NCBI GenBank assembly: GCA_028534125.1
Contig: CM052817.1
Location: 41,666,001-41,730,000, forward strand
Reading direction: 5' to 3'
Length of the DNA: 64,000 nt
DNA from: Lama glama
Lineage: Eukaryota
Shown: positions 1 to 12,512 of the stretch, piece by piece
Layout: the number at the start of each line of letters is the position of its first letter
Position numbering within the stretch: position 1 is the stretch's first letter
The notes under the pieces: model-generated
What the model saw: the letters and a program-made list of their open reading frames with translations, nothing else
Database searches by the model: none
Told to the model about the DNA's origin: nothing
Made by a program: the position numbers and the translations under genes

Positions 1-1249
1 TAAAGAAATGCCTGAAGACTTCAGTGAGTATGCCTATAAATAAATAAAATAATGATATTGTTAGACCCAAATGTAAAATATGAAACCAACATACATTATA
101 ATAATACAGAGGTCTCAACCGTACTGTAGCCAGTCTTTAGGATAAAGTGGCCTGAAAATTATTTATGTAAATTATGATTAACCAAAGTATTTCCTTTGTA
201 GCTATTCCATTTTTAATACTAATGTTCTGTTTTCCCTCAGTGAAAGTTTTTATCAGTTTGAAAACAGTATAACAACTATTCCTGTTCTTTTGACCATGTT
301 GGTTGTCTGCACTGGACTGCAAGGTCCAGATTAGACTGTACGGCTCTAAAGGTTTTTCAAGCCCTATGTAGTACCTTGAAAATAGCAGGTGGTTCAACAA
401 ATACTTACTAACTAAATAAACAGAATAAATGCAAGCTACTTTTCGTGATAGATTTTAGTGTTTCCACCACTTTCTACAGCCTCCTTCTTCAGTTTGTCAT
501 CTGGGAAGGTTTCCTTGCTCAATTTAAGACAAGGAAGAGGACTCTCTTGTGTAATATGTAACCCCTCCACACACAAATTTCTGTCAAGACATTTGTCACC
601 TGTACTTGAATAGTGTCAGCACATCCACCCACCTCTGCAATCTTGTGGGAGGCAGAGACCGTGTGCAGAGAAGCTTATGACACATAATAGGTGATCAATA
701 CATGTTGAGGCAAAAAGAAAAAAAATCAAAGCAATCATAAAGCAGTTCCTTCCAGCTGTGACTCATTGGTCCACTCATCTCACTGGGTACAGATGACAGA
801 CATACTAGCCACCTTTTTTACAAACTTCATTTTTGGAATTTTGGAAGGTGTATGACTATATTACTGGCTCATTAAAAAGAGCCTTCATCTCCCCATGTTG
901 AAACTACATGGCTGCTACTGCAATCCCCTCTCACATAACCTTTCTGTTTTTCAGCTACTTCATATATTGCGCTATAATGTATTTATCACCTCCCATAATC
1001 CTGCCTTAGTCTAGATTTTTTTAATTCCCTGATTCTTTCCAAATTTCGGCCACTATGTTTCGTTCTGCTTTGCATCTGCTCTCCCTTTTAATCCATGTCT
1101 GGCTCTGGGCCTTCGGTTTACACCAAGATTAACCTCTCAAGTCTGAAGTACCAGATGCCTTATCTTCAATCTTTGAAGTTCTTTACAACCAGCTCTCTAG
1201 TAATGCAGCTTCTCAACTCACTGCCCTTTGAATACAAGTGGACACAACT

Positions 1250-1420
1250 GAGCCAGTGTTGGTAGGTCACTTCTCTTAGTGACCACAAATTTGTGAGTTC
1301 AGCCAGCTGTGGCAAAGGGGACAGTCTGAGCTGCAAAACTAACCAGGTCATAAGGAGATTAAACCCATGGTCTTAGTCGTGGTCCTTGAAGCACTAATTA
1401 TTAACAGCTCAGTGAAACAG
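1250..1420 (-). mobile_element. Ancient tRNA-derived SINE, MamSINE1-like
   Basis: Reverse complement reads ...aagaccatgggtttaatctccttatgacctggttagttt...cagactgtcccct...ctcacaaat...tggtcac, collinear with the MamSINE1 consensus as recalled (tRNA B-box-like head plus body). Confidence 0.6.
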
Positions 1421-1854
1421 TCACCAGTACAACTGCCATATTAACTTCAATGGCAAATTTGGGTTACATGCTCTCAAGCATGCAAACTTTTTCATCTAAT
1501 GAATTTACATGAGAAAAAAATATTATCATAGCTGATCACAATGTATACAATTAAGTCATGTGTTAAGGAATAGCTACACTATCATGGCCATGTATTACAT
1601 ATAGAACTTGTGTTTGTTTTGGGAATATATCATATGTTTACAATTGATATTGGATCATATGCTTCTGGTTCTCAACATGACATGATATCACTGCAAAGGT
1701 ATTTAAATATACATTTTGTATACTTTAAATGTATTATTTGTATACTAAAATATCTTGGTAAAATATGATTGCAATTTAAGTGAATTGTTTTTATGGCAGC
1801 TTTTTCAATAAATGTAGAGAACCATATTATTCATAATGTTCAGAGGTGATTTAA

Positions 1855-2140
1855 ATCAATCAATTAACATTTATTATAGCCTACGGTATTAAAATGGCTA
1901 TAAGGGATATAAAAATGTGCAAGGATCAGGTTTCAACCTTATGAAGTTTATAGCCCTTCTGTGGAACCAAGACATACACATGTGCAAAGGTAAGAAGGGA
2001 AGACAAGACACGAACCAAGTAAGTGGGTTCAGTGAAGGTTCAGAACAGAGAGCATTTGTCAGGCTGGAGTGATAGAGTCAGCAAAGGTTTCACTGCATAG
2101 GTGGGAACAGAACTGAGATTTGAAAGATGGATAGAATGAT
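1855..2140 (-). mobile_element. L2 LINE fragment (3' region)
   Basis: caatcaattaacatttatt...aaccttatgaagtttatag and the following purine-rich tract resemble the reverse complement of the L2 3' end. Confidence 0.55.
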
Positions 2141-2147
2141 GCTTACA

Positions 2148-2592
2148 CATTCGATTCCTGAGGCTGTCATAACAAATTACCACAAACGGATGGCTCAAAG
2201 CAACAGGAATTGATCACAGTTCTGGAGGCTAGAAGTCCAAAAATCAAGGTGTGGGCAGGGTTGGCTCCTCCTGGGGGCTCTAAGTGAGAAAGCATCCTGT
2301 GCTTCCCTCCTAGCGCCTGGTATTGCAGTGACCCTTGGTGTTCCTTGGCTTGCAGATGCATCCCTCTAATCTTTCCCTGTCTTCACATGGCCCTCTTCTT
2401 AGTGTCTTTCTGTGCCCTCTCTCCTTAGGAGGACACCACACAACAGATTTAGGGCTTACTATAAATCTAAAGTGATCTTATCTTAAGATTCTCAAAGGAT
2501 TACATCTTCAAAGCTACTGTTTCCAAATAAGGTCATATTCTGAGGTTCGGGATGAACATGAATTTTGAGGGGACATTATTCAACCCACTGCA
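2148..2592 (-). mobile_element. ERVL-MaLR solo LTR, MLT1C-like
   Basis: ataacaaattaccacaaac...cacagttctggaggctagaagtccaaaaatcaaggtgtgggcaggg...ccaaataaggtcatattctgagg...ggggacattattcaacccactgca are typical antisense MLT1 motifs. Confidence 0.85.
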
Positions 2593-2807
2593 GGTGGCTA
2601 GGGAGTGCTCACAGAGGTAGAGGACTTTGATTAAATTCCTTCAAGGACAGGGTAAGTGACAAGTAAGTTATCAGACATCAAGATCAGTCTTAAAAATATG
2701 CAAATTCAAAAAATAGTTATTATCATGGCTTGCCAGATAATACTCTTCTGGAGGAAAGATTCAACCAGAGGATACCCGGTGTGTTTCCTCCAATAAACAA
2801 CAACAAT

Positions 2808-3060
2808 AAAATAGCTCTCAATTTGTGAGTGCTTAGTATGTGCCAGGCACTGTGTTCTAGTGTTTTACTAGTTTATTAAGATGTTGAATTTTCATCAAGA
2901 CCCTAAAATGTGGGTAAAATTATTAGAGCCACTTTGTAGATGAAGACACTGAGCCCCAGAGTTGTTATACCACTGGCCCTCAGTCATGTGGCTAGTAAGT
3001 AATGTGACTGGACCTCAAACCCAGACAATCTGAATTCAGTAGACCATGGGCATTTCCAAA
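2808..3060 (-). mobile_element. MIR SINE
   Basis: gagtgcttagtatgtgccaggcactgtg...ttgtagatgaagacactgagcccc...ctcaaacccagacaatctga is the antisense MIR core. Confidence 0.8.
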
Positions 3061-5093
3061 CACGATATTGATGTAGCCCCGTAGGAAGGACTACAAGCTA
3101 GGAGTTTGGGGACAGCTGTGGAAGTTCGTGACAACCAGGTAAGGGAATCTGGTTTCTGTTCTGCAAGGAATGGAGTCACCAAAGTTCATGAGAGGATGCA
3201 TAACATGACAGAAACAGGGAAATGGGAAGATTGTGCCAATGGTTAACGTCCAGCAGAGACTGAAGAATGGAAATATTGATGCCATCTGTTAGGAGACATT
3301 TGCACTCAGACGCTTTTGCAGCCAACAGTCAAAAATTGATAAGGGCCTGAACTAGGGCAGTGGTAATTATGACTCATTTCAAACATACACTGGAGGGAAT
3401 AATCCTGGCTCTGTAGAGATCCCTCTTTCCCCCTCTTTCTCTTTCATAGAATTTCAAGAGTCTCTCTATGCAGTTAAGAAAAAGTATGAAACATTATCAT
3501 AGAATGCTTGCATGGTTTATTCTATGGACAATTTTATTTCCTTAAAAGTTGCACCTAGATCAAAACAATGCAATCTTCCTGTTCCCACCCAAAGAATTTA
3601 ACTATAATACACTATCAACAAAATCATGAGTGATCCGTTCTCATATAATTACAGGGTGTGCCACAGTATAGATGTCTCCATGCAAAGCAGGAGTAGCCTG
3701 CAATTAGCCAGAAGAATTTTGCAGCAAATGTGGTTAGAGGCAAAAGGTTTACTCTAAATTTGACAGTTTGAGCCATAACTATATATAGTTTGTTGGGTTG
3801 AATTTTTTTTTGGGGGGGGCTTTGTCAGGACATTTTTGCTTCATCTGAGCATTTTCTGCAAAATAGTGAGTGTTACAGCTATGGATGCCATATGTAAAAG
3901 CTGTTTTTGCTTTGGATTGGTTTTCCCCCCACTCAAAATGGTCTGAATAATCCATTATGAAAATGTCTCTGCATTTTCCCTGCATCTGGAAGGTATGTGC
4001 ATGAATTTATAATGCTTATGTGAAGCATAAGTCAGTGGCTAATCTATCGGATTGTAAATCATGTGACTATGTACCGTGACCACATTAAAACTTAACCACA
4101 AATAAAAAGGGAGAAACAGTCTCTAGCCTATAATTGTGGCTCTCAGAATCAAACCTCTCACATGCATTTAGTCTTAAATGTGTCACATGTAAGAGATACT
4201 TGAAAAATCATATTAGTTAATGTCTAACATCTGCAGCACATGAAGTGGCAGGTTAGCAGCTTTTGAAATGCTTATTTTATGGAAAGACAGAAAAGGATCA
4301 CTACCTACTCAATGCAAAGGCATTAGGGCTAACCATGTAACATATACTGAAATCAAAGACCTGTATTTCCCCAAACTCAATACATTCCTCGCGAGTCAGA
4401 ACTAATGTATTTTAGAGCATTATGGAGAATACATCTGAATTCAAAATTAAGTTCAACATTTTTTTTTCATGAAATTATGGTGCTATTCTGTAGGAAAATA
4501 ACTTAAAATACAGATTGACAATACATCACTGTTTGGTATTTCAGGTTAAACTAATGCTTCCACTGTTATGCGTGCAGATGCCTTCACAGAGGTCATCCAG
4601 GGTAGCAACATATTATGATCTGTGAATGCCAAATTCCTTCTTCAAATAGAATTTCGATTGGTAACCAGCAAATATGGTTTTGTCATAATGGTAAACATAT
4701 GCATCTTAGAAAATTTTAACAGCCAAATTAATTGGCTTGACTCAAAATGTCAGTATTTCACTATCAAGATGGAAATACTGAAATATAACCCTATGAACTT
4801 TTGAATATTTACATACAGAAACATTTAATTGATGCATAACACTTTAAAAAGTTCCATATTATGAAATAAAATGCTTATTGCTCCCCTTCGCTTTCTTTGC
4901 TCCTCACTAAGTGTGTAAATTGCTCACAGTCCCTCATCAGTTTCTCTTCCTGGTTTTTCCTGTTTGTGACATCTGCATGCAAATTGTTAAAATAGGGCAA
5001 TTCAACCAGTGAGGTTCCCCCACTCCCCACCCTCGATTTTGACTTTTAATTATGACACACGGTGAAATGGGTTATGTTTCATTTTAACTCCAG

Positions 5094-5131
5094 GATACAT
5101 CATTATTGAACTGAGGCGCCCTAGCATGTAA
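5094..5131 (+). CDS. Candidate short terminal coding exon (phase 1: xYIIIELRRPSM*; phase 0: DTSLLN*), gene unknown
   Basis: Acceptor tgtttcattttaactccag|G (AG at 5092-5093) in repeat-free DNA; all frames stop within 38 nt; no homology recognised. Confidence 0.25.
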
Positions 5132-6099
5132 ACTGAAAAATGTCACTAGTCAGGGGAATATAGTAAATTACTATCAGATTTTTTTTTAATGAATGCTGTT
5201 TGTCATGTTTATTCAATGTGAAAGCTCTGCTTTAAACCAGTTAGAGCAAAAGAATGGCATCTTTTCAACTCATTGTGCTGTGACCTAGGGTTGCACTCAG
5301 GGACCTTTATTAAAGATCAGATTTTAAGAGTGTATTTTCCTACTAAAGCCTCTTTATTAAAAATTGACTCATTTTATGTATTCTACTTGAGTCACTGAAT
5401 TTTTTGAAAAATGAAATCAATGCCTCTTGAATAATTTCTGATTTTTCTTTGGTGTCTCTTTGTGATGAGTACAAACCTAAAACATGTTATGTTCTGGCAA
5501 AATGCAGTATCTAGTCATTACTTTACAGCTGGCAGAGATATGTATCAATTTTGAACCCAAACTAAATTAACTCCAAAAATCACAATATAGTTCTACATTT
5601 TGATTCTTGAGATGGATATACATTTACAACATATATATGTCTCACTGTAAAGATAATTTTTCTCTAAAATTTTTGGTTTTATCGGTAGGTAAAATGGAAG
5701 GGTAAAGTGTTTCATATTTATTTATCACCCTCATTATAAATAATTTTATGTTTAAAGAAAAAAAATCAATCTGTAAAGTTGAGAACTGTATTTCAGGGAG
5801 TTAATTAGCTTTTAAGAGGAGAGGGCTTGGTGCAACTTTACATCCAAAACTTATCATCCTTCAGCTAACAAGCTTGACACCTCATAAATGAATTCAAAGG
5901 TAATTCTTTTTTTATTTTTAAAGCAAACTTAATGCAATTGGGTCTATACTTTTATAATCATTAATAGAAAAACTAACATCTTCAGATGATTAAAAATCAA
6001 CAAGATACACCCCAGAGATGTCCTGGCATTTTCTACCATCTAATAGGTTTCAGATTTCCTTAATATATTACCATCTAAGAGGAAGTCAGTGTTGTGTGT

Positions 6100-6560
6100 G
6101 AACAGATACCTTGGAACGCCTGTCTCCCTCAGTGCTTTGAAAGGCTTTAACTTCCACCAGTGATGTCCAGCATCTCTTTGAACCCAGCAAATTCTAGTTC
6201 ATCCTTCAAGACTACCATCCCTAAATGACTAGGCCCTTCATAGTTTCTAGTGACTTTTTTCAGTCACTAGAATTATCTCTTCACTGAAGGTCCAATTGCA
6301 CTGGAAAATGAACTCCACAGGGTACAGATTTTTGCTGGTTTTGCTTGTAATATATCTCTAGTGATAGATGTCTAGAACAGTGCCTAGTTCATGGTAGGAG
6401 TTCAATAAAATTTGTTGAATGAATCTCTCTTTACAAATTCCTCACATTATATTTTGGTTCTGTATCTGACTGCCCTAAGAAAGTTCTTCAAAGACATCTT
6501 GACAACTCCAGACCCCAGCACAGGGCCTGCTACATAGCAAATGTTCAATAAGTAAATCAT
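6100..6560 (+). mobile_element. L2 LINE 3' fragments (two tails)
   Basis: tctagaacagtgcctagttcatggtaggagttcaataaaatttgttgaatgaat and cccagcacagggcctgctacatagcaaatgttcaataagt are L2 3' termini. Confidence 0.75.
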
Positions 6561-8069
6561 GGGCTGAAGTTTAGTAACACGATTTCAGAAAGCAAGCAGA
6601 GGGTCATTTTCTGGAAATGTAAACACAGATAGAAGATGAGGGATGATGAATCAATCTCTTTAAGAGGACTTGATGTCAAATGATAACACTTGCAGTATGC
6701 TGATCAGTGACTGGTACATAAAACGTCTTCAGTAAATCGGCCGTTTTTCAATTATTAAATCAATCAACATGAATACATATTTCACTTATTTTTAAGAATG
6801 CACAGACAGAAGTGAGTCTACAATCTCCCTCAGTTGCTATTTAGTATTTTATTGTTGCGGCATTTAAGACATCCTTCTTATATCTGATTTATTATTATTT
6901 TACTTGTTATTAATGACTATAATTCTCCCCAAGTATGTTACAGTATTCCTGAGTGCAGAGATTACTATATTTGTTGGTATTCTCAGAGCTTTTAGCACTT
7001 TACTATGCTCTGAATGGGTATTCAAAGACTAATTGCTACTTTATTTGCTAAATATATTTTTGCTTTAATTAAAAATCATTTATTTTACGAATTAAAGAGA
7101 TGTGGTCCCTGCTTTAATGAAATATAATTCAGTGGAAAGACCCTATTTATATCACTTTCCTCTGAAGGTTTGTGGTTCTTTCCTTTTTTACAATGTGTGG
7201 TGACAAATTGTGAACTCTGATAAAAGTTACAAAGAGTATAGTGAAAATGTGTAAGTATTTTTGTAGCTCTCAATATCACCTATAACAGATCCCATTCTCA
7301 AAGTTTCCTTCATACATACAACCTAAACATGGCACCCTGAAGTTTCTGCTTGTGTTCTCAAAATGAAAATTTCAATAATAGTAATGGACAGTTTAGCTTC
7401 TCTGTACTTTAGTTTCTTTTATCTGTGAAACAGAAATGATAACAATGGGGTGACTGCAAAGATTAAGTGATAATATAGTAAATTCTCAATCATGGCACCT
7501 ACCATTTCTTTACATCATATTTTTGATAAGTTTGACTATTTTCGATTTGTCAAAGTCATCTGGAATTTGATAATACTCTAAGACAGCACTGTCCCCTAAA
7601 AGTATCCAGAGATCAATGGAATAAATAAAGAAGATAAGGAGCATGTATAATAATAGTAAATCAGTAGAAATAATATCTAGAGAGTATAGAAGAATGAAAG
7701 AGGCAATGGCTAAATGCTTAAATTTATGTACTCTCTGCATGAAAATTTCACAACCCACAACAAAAGTCTGTATAACTATATGGATAAGAATTAAGTAAGT
7801 TTTCTTAAGTTCAATCACATTTGTTAATATACTAATAATATGTACACCTCCATTATACTTACAAAATGGTTTATAATATACCATTTTAAAGGTATTTTCC
7901 CTAATATTTTAAATGATTCTACTGTTAGATGTAAAGGTAAAAAAAAGATCTGCAAATTCTCATTTATCTAGATGGGTTGTGGGTGCTCTGGTTAACTGAA
8001 TATTTTGGCTATATGAGTGTTATTACCTAATAATATATACATAAGTGATCAATTTTCAAGAGATTGAAG

Positions 8070-8335
8070 TTATAGCTGACACTCATTTAATTTAATAGTA
8101 TGCTAAGCACTCCTCTAAACACTTTCTATTTATTAACTCAGCTGATCCTCACAATAACTCTGTGAGGAAGGTAAGCTATTACTATCTCAATTTTACAGAA
8201 TGGAAAGCTAAAGCACAGAGAAGTGAAGTAACTTGCCAAGGACTCCAGACACTACAAGGAAGTATCAGAAACAGGACTCACACCCAAGATGACCGACTCC
8301 AGAGTCATTGCTCTTAATCCCTACATTATGTTGCA
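8070..8335 (-). mobile_element. MIR SINE
   Basis: atcctcacaataactctgtgagg...ttttacagaatggaaagctaaagcacagagaagtgaagtaacttgccaagg...gactccagagtc is the antisense MIR core. Confidence 0.85.
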
Positions 8336-8384
8336 CAGAGTGAAGTATAAAACACTTAGGATAGTAAAACAATCAACTAGACCT

Positions 8385-8660
8385 TTCTAGGTCAGAAACT
8401 GTGCATCATTCTTGGAACCTCCTACTCCCTCATATGCACTATCATACTGATAATGTCCATTCAGCTCTACTGCCAATCCATCTTTCACTGTCACCCCCAT
8501 GATCACCACTTTAGTTCAAACCATCCTCATCCTTCTGTGGACGACTGCAACAACATCTCAGCTAGTCTTTTTGCCTCCAATCTGTCCGCCTTCAGTCCAT
8601 CTCGCAAACTAAACAGTGACACAACTTGGTCATGTTATTCCCACGCTTAAAATATTTCTT
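8385..8660 (+). mobile_element. L2 LINE fragment
   Basis: cagaaactgtgcatcattcttg...ctgtggacgactgcaacaacatctcagctagtctttttgcctcc resembles the L2 ORF2 3' region. Confidence 0.65.
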
Positions 8661-8669
8661 ACTGTCTAT

Positions 8670-9016
8670 AGCTGAATCATTCAGTATGATGGCTGTGTGG
8701 CCATTAAAGCACTTGCAATGTGCTTAGCCCTAAATAAGATGAGCCATGAATGTAAAATACACATGGGGATTTGACAACTTAGTATAAAAATGAAAAATAT
8801 CTCATTAGTCATTTTAATTTTGATTCTATTGAAATGGTAATATATCAGATATATTGCATTAAAATATATTTTACATATGTATAAAATGCAATGTATTATA
8901 TTCTGTATATTAAATATTATTAAGATTAATTTATCAGCTTTTTTCTTTTTTCATGGCTACTACAAAATTTTAAATAACATATGTAGCTGGTATTGTTTTT
9001 TATTGGACAGAACTGA
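8670..9016 (-). mobile_element. hAT-Charlie non-autonomous DNA transposon, MER33-like
   Basis: gcacttgcaatgtg...tgtaaaatacac...tggctactacaaaattttaaataacatatgtagct...tattggacagaactg matches antisense MER33 with its terminal repeat. Confidence 0.85.
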
Positions 9017-10903
9017 CCCATAGGATAAATGTAAGCTTCCCCATGCTACAGTTTTCACCTTCATCTCCAATCTCTAAGCTGATCATCAAATCAGCCTATG
9101 ATCCAGGCTATGATCCAGTTTGGTGTATACTCTGGCCCTGCCTGTGACACTCTTACGTACATTCAGACTTCTAAATACCTTAAGTTCTTTGATGTAAAGC
9201 CTTTCAATTTTGGATTTCCTTGGTGAAATCCTAGTAATGTTTCAAAAATTATTCCAATGGTTTTCTCTAAGAGATTTTCTCTGATTTATCCAGGTAGCAC
9301 TCACCACTTCCTTCTTCATTGATAATGTTCCCATATCTATATGTATGTTAATAATTTCCCTTATTGCACTATATGGTAAACATTGGCACCCATCTAACTC
9401 CTGTAACAGTCTCTATGTTCTCCCACAAACTCTACATGCGTTTAATAGGTGTTCATAGAATAAAGGAACATAAATGGAATTTGGAGCAAAAAAAAATTGC
9501 TTTGAATTATATCAACAGCACTGACTACATATGTGAATTTCAAAATTTATTTAAACTCTAATACGCAAATAATGGAAGAAATTGAGCTGGATATTTATTT
9601 ATTCTATTGCATATCATTTGACACCCCTTTAAGAAATACATCCTTTATTTCAACTTCCTTGCCATTTAACTTTTAGTCAATAAAAGAAGGGGATTTCCAG
9701 GATTTATAAATAAAGATGTTTCCAGGGTTTGGCTTAAGGTTAATGAGAGATTTCAGTATAAAAGAATGACTGAAATTATACAAATTAATGAATAATTTAG
9801 AATGGCAACTTCTTACTGTATTTTTTTTAACCTTAGGAAATTCATTATAGTTAAATGAACAAAAAAAAATGCTTACATAGAAGAAAGACCAAGTGAGAGA
9901 CAATATAGTCTTCAAATTATACTTAGGGAGATGGAAAGAAATGAAAAGAAGGCACGGTGGAGCTCATTTCAAATACTGATCATTTTCCCAGAATTTCTTC
10001 TAAACACTGGAGGTTTCAAATATCAAAGAGTGTTTTTGATGGCAGAAAGAGTGGAGTGCATCTGGGAGCTTCTATGATGGTGAAGGGAAAGTCTAAAGGG
10101 CTCACAGATGACCACTAATGGACCAACATGACAGCAGCTAATAATGACACTGTGTTGAAGGCTTGCGTTAGAAATCCCATAATTCTATTATTCTTTTAAA
10201 ATGAAATAGGATAGAATGAGAATAAGAAGTGAAAAACAAACAATACCGTAATCAAATATACCACAACTCAAAGCACTCACCCACTTCTAAAAACATATAT
10301 TTTGAATAAAGCCAGGCCTCAAAACGGATAAGCTTAAGTGTTCGAAAACCTCCGTCCCATTGCATTCAAAATATATTTTAAAATTAGTAATTTATTCCCT
10401 TTTTCCATTCCTACAGTTCCTGCATCTAGTCTTTCTGTTGTGAAATAAGCCAGGTGTTGGAGATAAGAATGTTTTCAAATGCTGTAATTAAAATGATGAA
10501 TAAAACAATCACATTTTGACAAGTTTTAGGCTAATTCATTCTGAACATTTAAAACATGTTTTGAAAAATACAGTGTTTTGTTTTTTGTTAATTTGTGACT
10601 TCCTGCTTCACCAAGAAATGGCTTTACAGAGACACACAACATGTTTCTCTGACATCAAAAAGTGCTTGCAAAACATCGTTGTGCTGAATTAGTTGAAAAT
10701 GAATCAGAAACATAAGGATTGTATTTGTACTGAACTTCACAGGAGCTTGAATGTGAGAAAGCATTGAGTGCTTTGGGAAGAATGGTTTTCAGATTTGACT
10801 TAACCCCTTCCTGTGAAAGTTTGAGGCACCATTTTCTGCACGAAGTTTCACCTACTTCAATTGACGGACAATCTATTTTGCTCTCTTTTGTCCTTCTTCC
10901 CAG

Positions 10904-10941
10904 TTGATGCCAAAACTCTACAGAACTTGAGAAGAATCTGA
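10904..10941 (+). CDS. Candidate terminal coding exon (phase 1: xDAKTLQNLRRI*; phase 0: LMPKLYRT*) followed by 3' UTR-like sequence, gene unknown
   Basis: Strong acceptor: branch-like ttgac at 10861, tract ttttgctctcttttgtccttcttcccag (AG 10902-10903); no good donor follows; repeat-free AU-rich downstream with AATAAA at 11418, 11689, 11791. Confidence 0.45.
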
Positions 10942-12362
10942 AAACAATCTACCAGTGATAAATGGAACATGAATGACAATCCTCATGATTTCTTCAGCTA
11001 ACTATGAGTCAGAAAAATTAAGATTCCCACTTAATAATTCATAAAACTGATCTGGAACAAATGCTTTAAAATACAGCCTTTATTCTCTCTTATATGTATA
11101 AATTTAATGAACAGCCTGTCAACTTCTTGTCAACCATTTTTTTTAAAGTAATGACTGACAGTGCTAAAATTTTTAAGGTGATTAAAAGATGTCCATTTTA
11201 TTGAAAAAAAATTAAAACATTACTTACATTTGTCATTGAATTTTATTTCATAATGCTTTTTGGAGGGGAGAGGAATAACTACTGCAAGTAGAAAATTCTG
11301 AAAACCACTGTTTCAAAAACTAATCATTCAGCAAAAAGAAAATGACTGTTGAAGCTCAAAATTGATTGTTTCTGTTGTTGAACAAGAAATAGGTGTCCCT
11401 TGATTACATGGTCAGAAAATAAACAAATTGGGTATCATTCGATCCCTACTTTTAGATAAACATCACAGAAGGACCAAGCTCAGAATCTCCCTTTAAGCCA
11501 CAGCTAAATATACCGAAAACATCATATGACCAAGTTTTCAGTTAGACCTGAGTTGTACGTGGATATCTGTCGATCTTGCAAAATTCAAACTGCCTATACA
11601 AACTGGGTTGTGGAAGGGATAAATGTAGAAAATCTACCTGAGTAAACATTTCAAAATACAGGTTTTATTTATGTAGGGATAAAAAGAAAATAAATTCCAA
11701 GTGTGATTTACTTAACAACCTTTGACTGTTTGCCTATCAATACTATCTCAAACCCACAGCCACTGAAAAAAAATAACATTTTCATGATTAAATAAATAAC
11801 ATTTACACTTAAAATTTATAATCACTATAATGACAGCACTGAATATCAACACTACAATTCACCAAGAATTTTTAGAGTTCTAACGCATTTCTACCTTCTC
11901 TAAAGATTGTTTAATTCTTGCTCTATCTCTAGGAGGCATTTTCATACTTGTCTAGTCTACCACTCATGGTTTAGGAATTTAATCCAAAAGTATACTAATT
12001 TCTTGGCAACTCTGTCAGAAAATTCAACTTACTTATGAGACCAAATCAACTCAGATACAATTTTGCTTTATTATCTAGTTCTACTGGATGCCTGCAAAAG
12101 CTTTATTAAATCAATAGTATAAAGCAGAGATCATATTCTTTTTTTGTTATTAAAGATACAATTATTTGTCACTGAGACTAGATTTTAAATTTAATTTTAA
12201 TTAAATATTAATTTTAATATTCACATGTAGTAGATGACCATATTGGAAAATTATTACTTGGTAAAAATTTCAAGCCACATACACAAAGCTACATACAATA
12301 ATCTGATAACAACATTATACAAATGTTCAGATAAAATTTATTGTGACACCAAATTATTAATG

Positions 12363-12456
12363 TCAACTGATTTGGTATGTTTTCTGCTTCATAGCTCTTT
12401 GCCAAAGTTGTTTATATTTTTGACAATCTTGCTCCTCAACATCGTCCACCACACTT
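12363..12456 (-). CDS. Candidate terminal coding exon SVVDDVEEQDCQKYKQLWQRAMKQKTYQIS*, gene unknown
   Basis: Minus-strand acceptor cttacttacccacgtattcttag|A, open frame to TGA at 12365-12363, minus-strand AATAAA at 12342-12337 and 12107-12102; competes with a plus-strand exon reading. Confidence 0.35.
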
Positions 12457-12470
12457 CTAAGAATACGTGG
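12395..12470 (+). other. Candidate 76-nt internal exon (coding status unclear)
   Basis: Acceptor ttttctgcttcatag (AG 12393-12394) and near-consensus donor TGG|gtaagt (12471-12476); one frame open (SLPKLFIFLTILLLNIVHHTSKNTW). Confidence 0.35.
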
Positions 12471-12512
12471 GTAAGTAAGCATTTATGCATTTTAAACATA
12501 TATTTGTCAACA

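Noticed and set aside
3879..3992. 114-nt coding exon ending at AAG|gtatgt
   Set aside because: Stops in all three frames and weak acceptor; retained only as a possible non-coding splice signal
6245..6272. Perfect 11-bp inverted repeat ttctagtgact / agtcactagaa with 6-nt loop
   Set aside because: Too short for a pre-miRNA, lies among L2 debris, plausible by chance in 64 kb; no reference copy to show template switching
9096..9118. Short direct duplications of 11-12 bp (also 16754-16783, 30233-30256, near 48796-48821)
   Set aside because: Ordinary slippage-type tandem duplications, unrelated to each other
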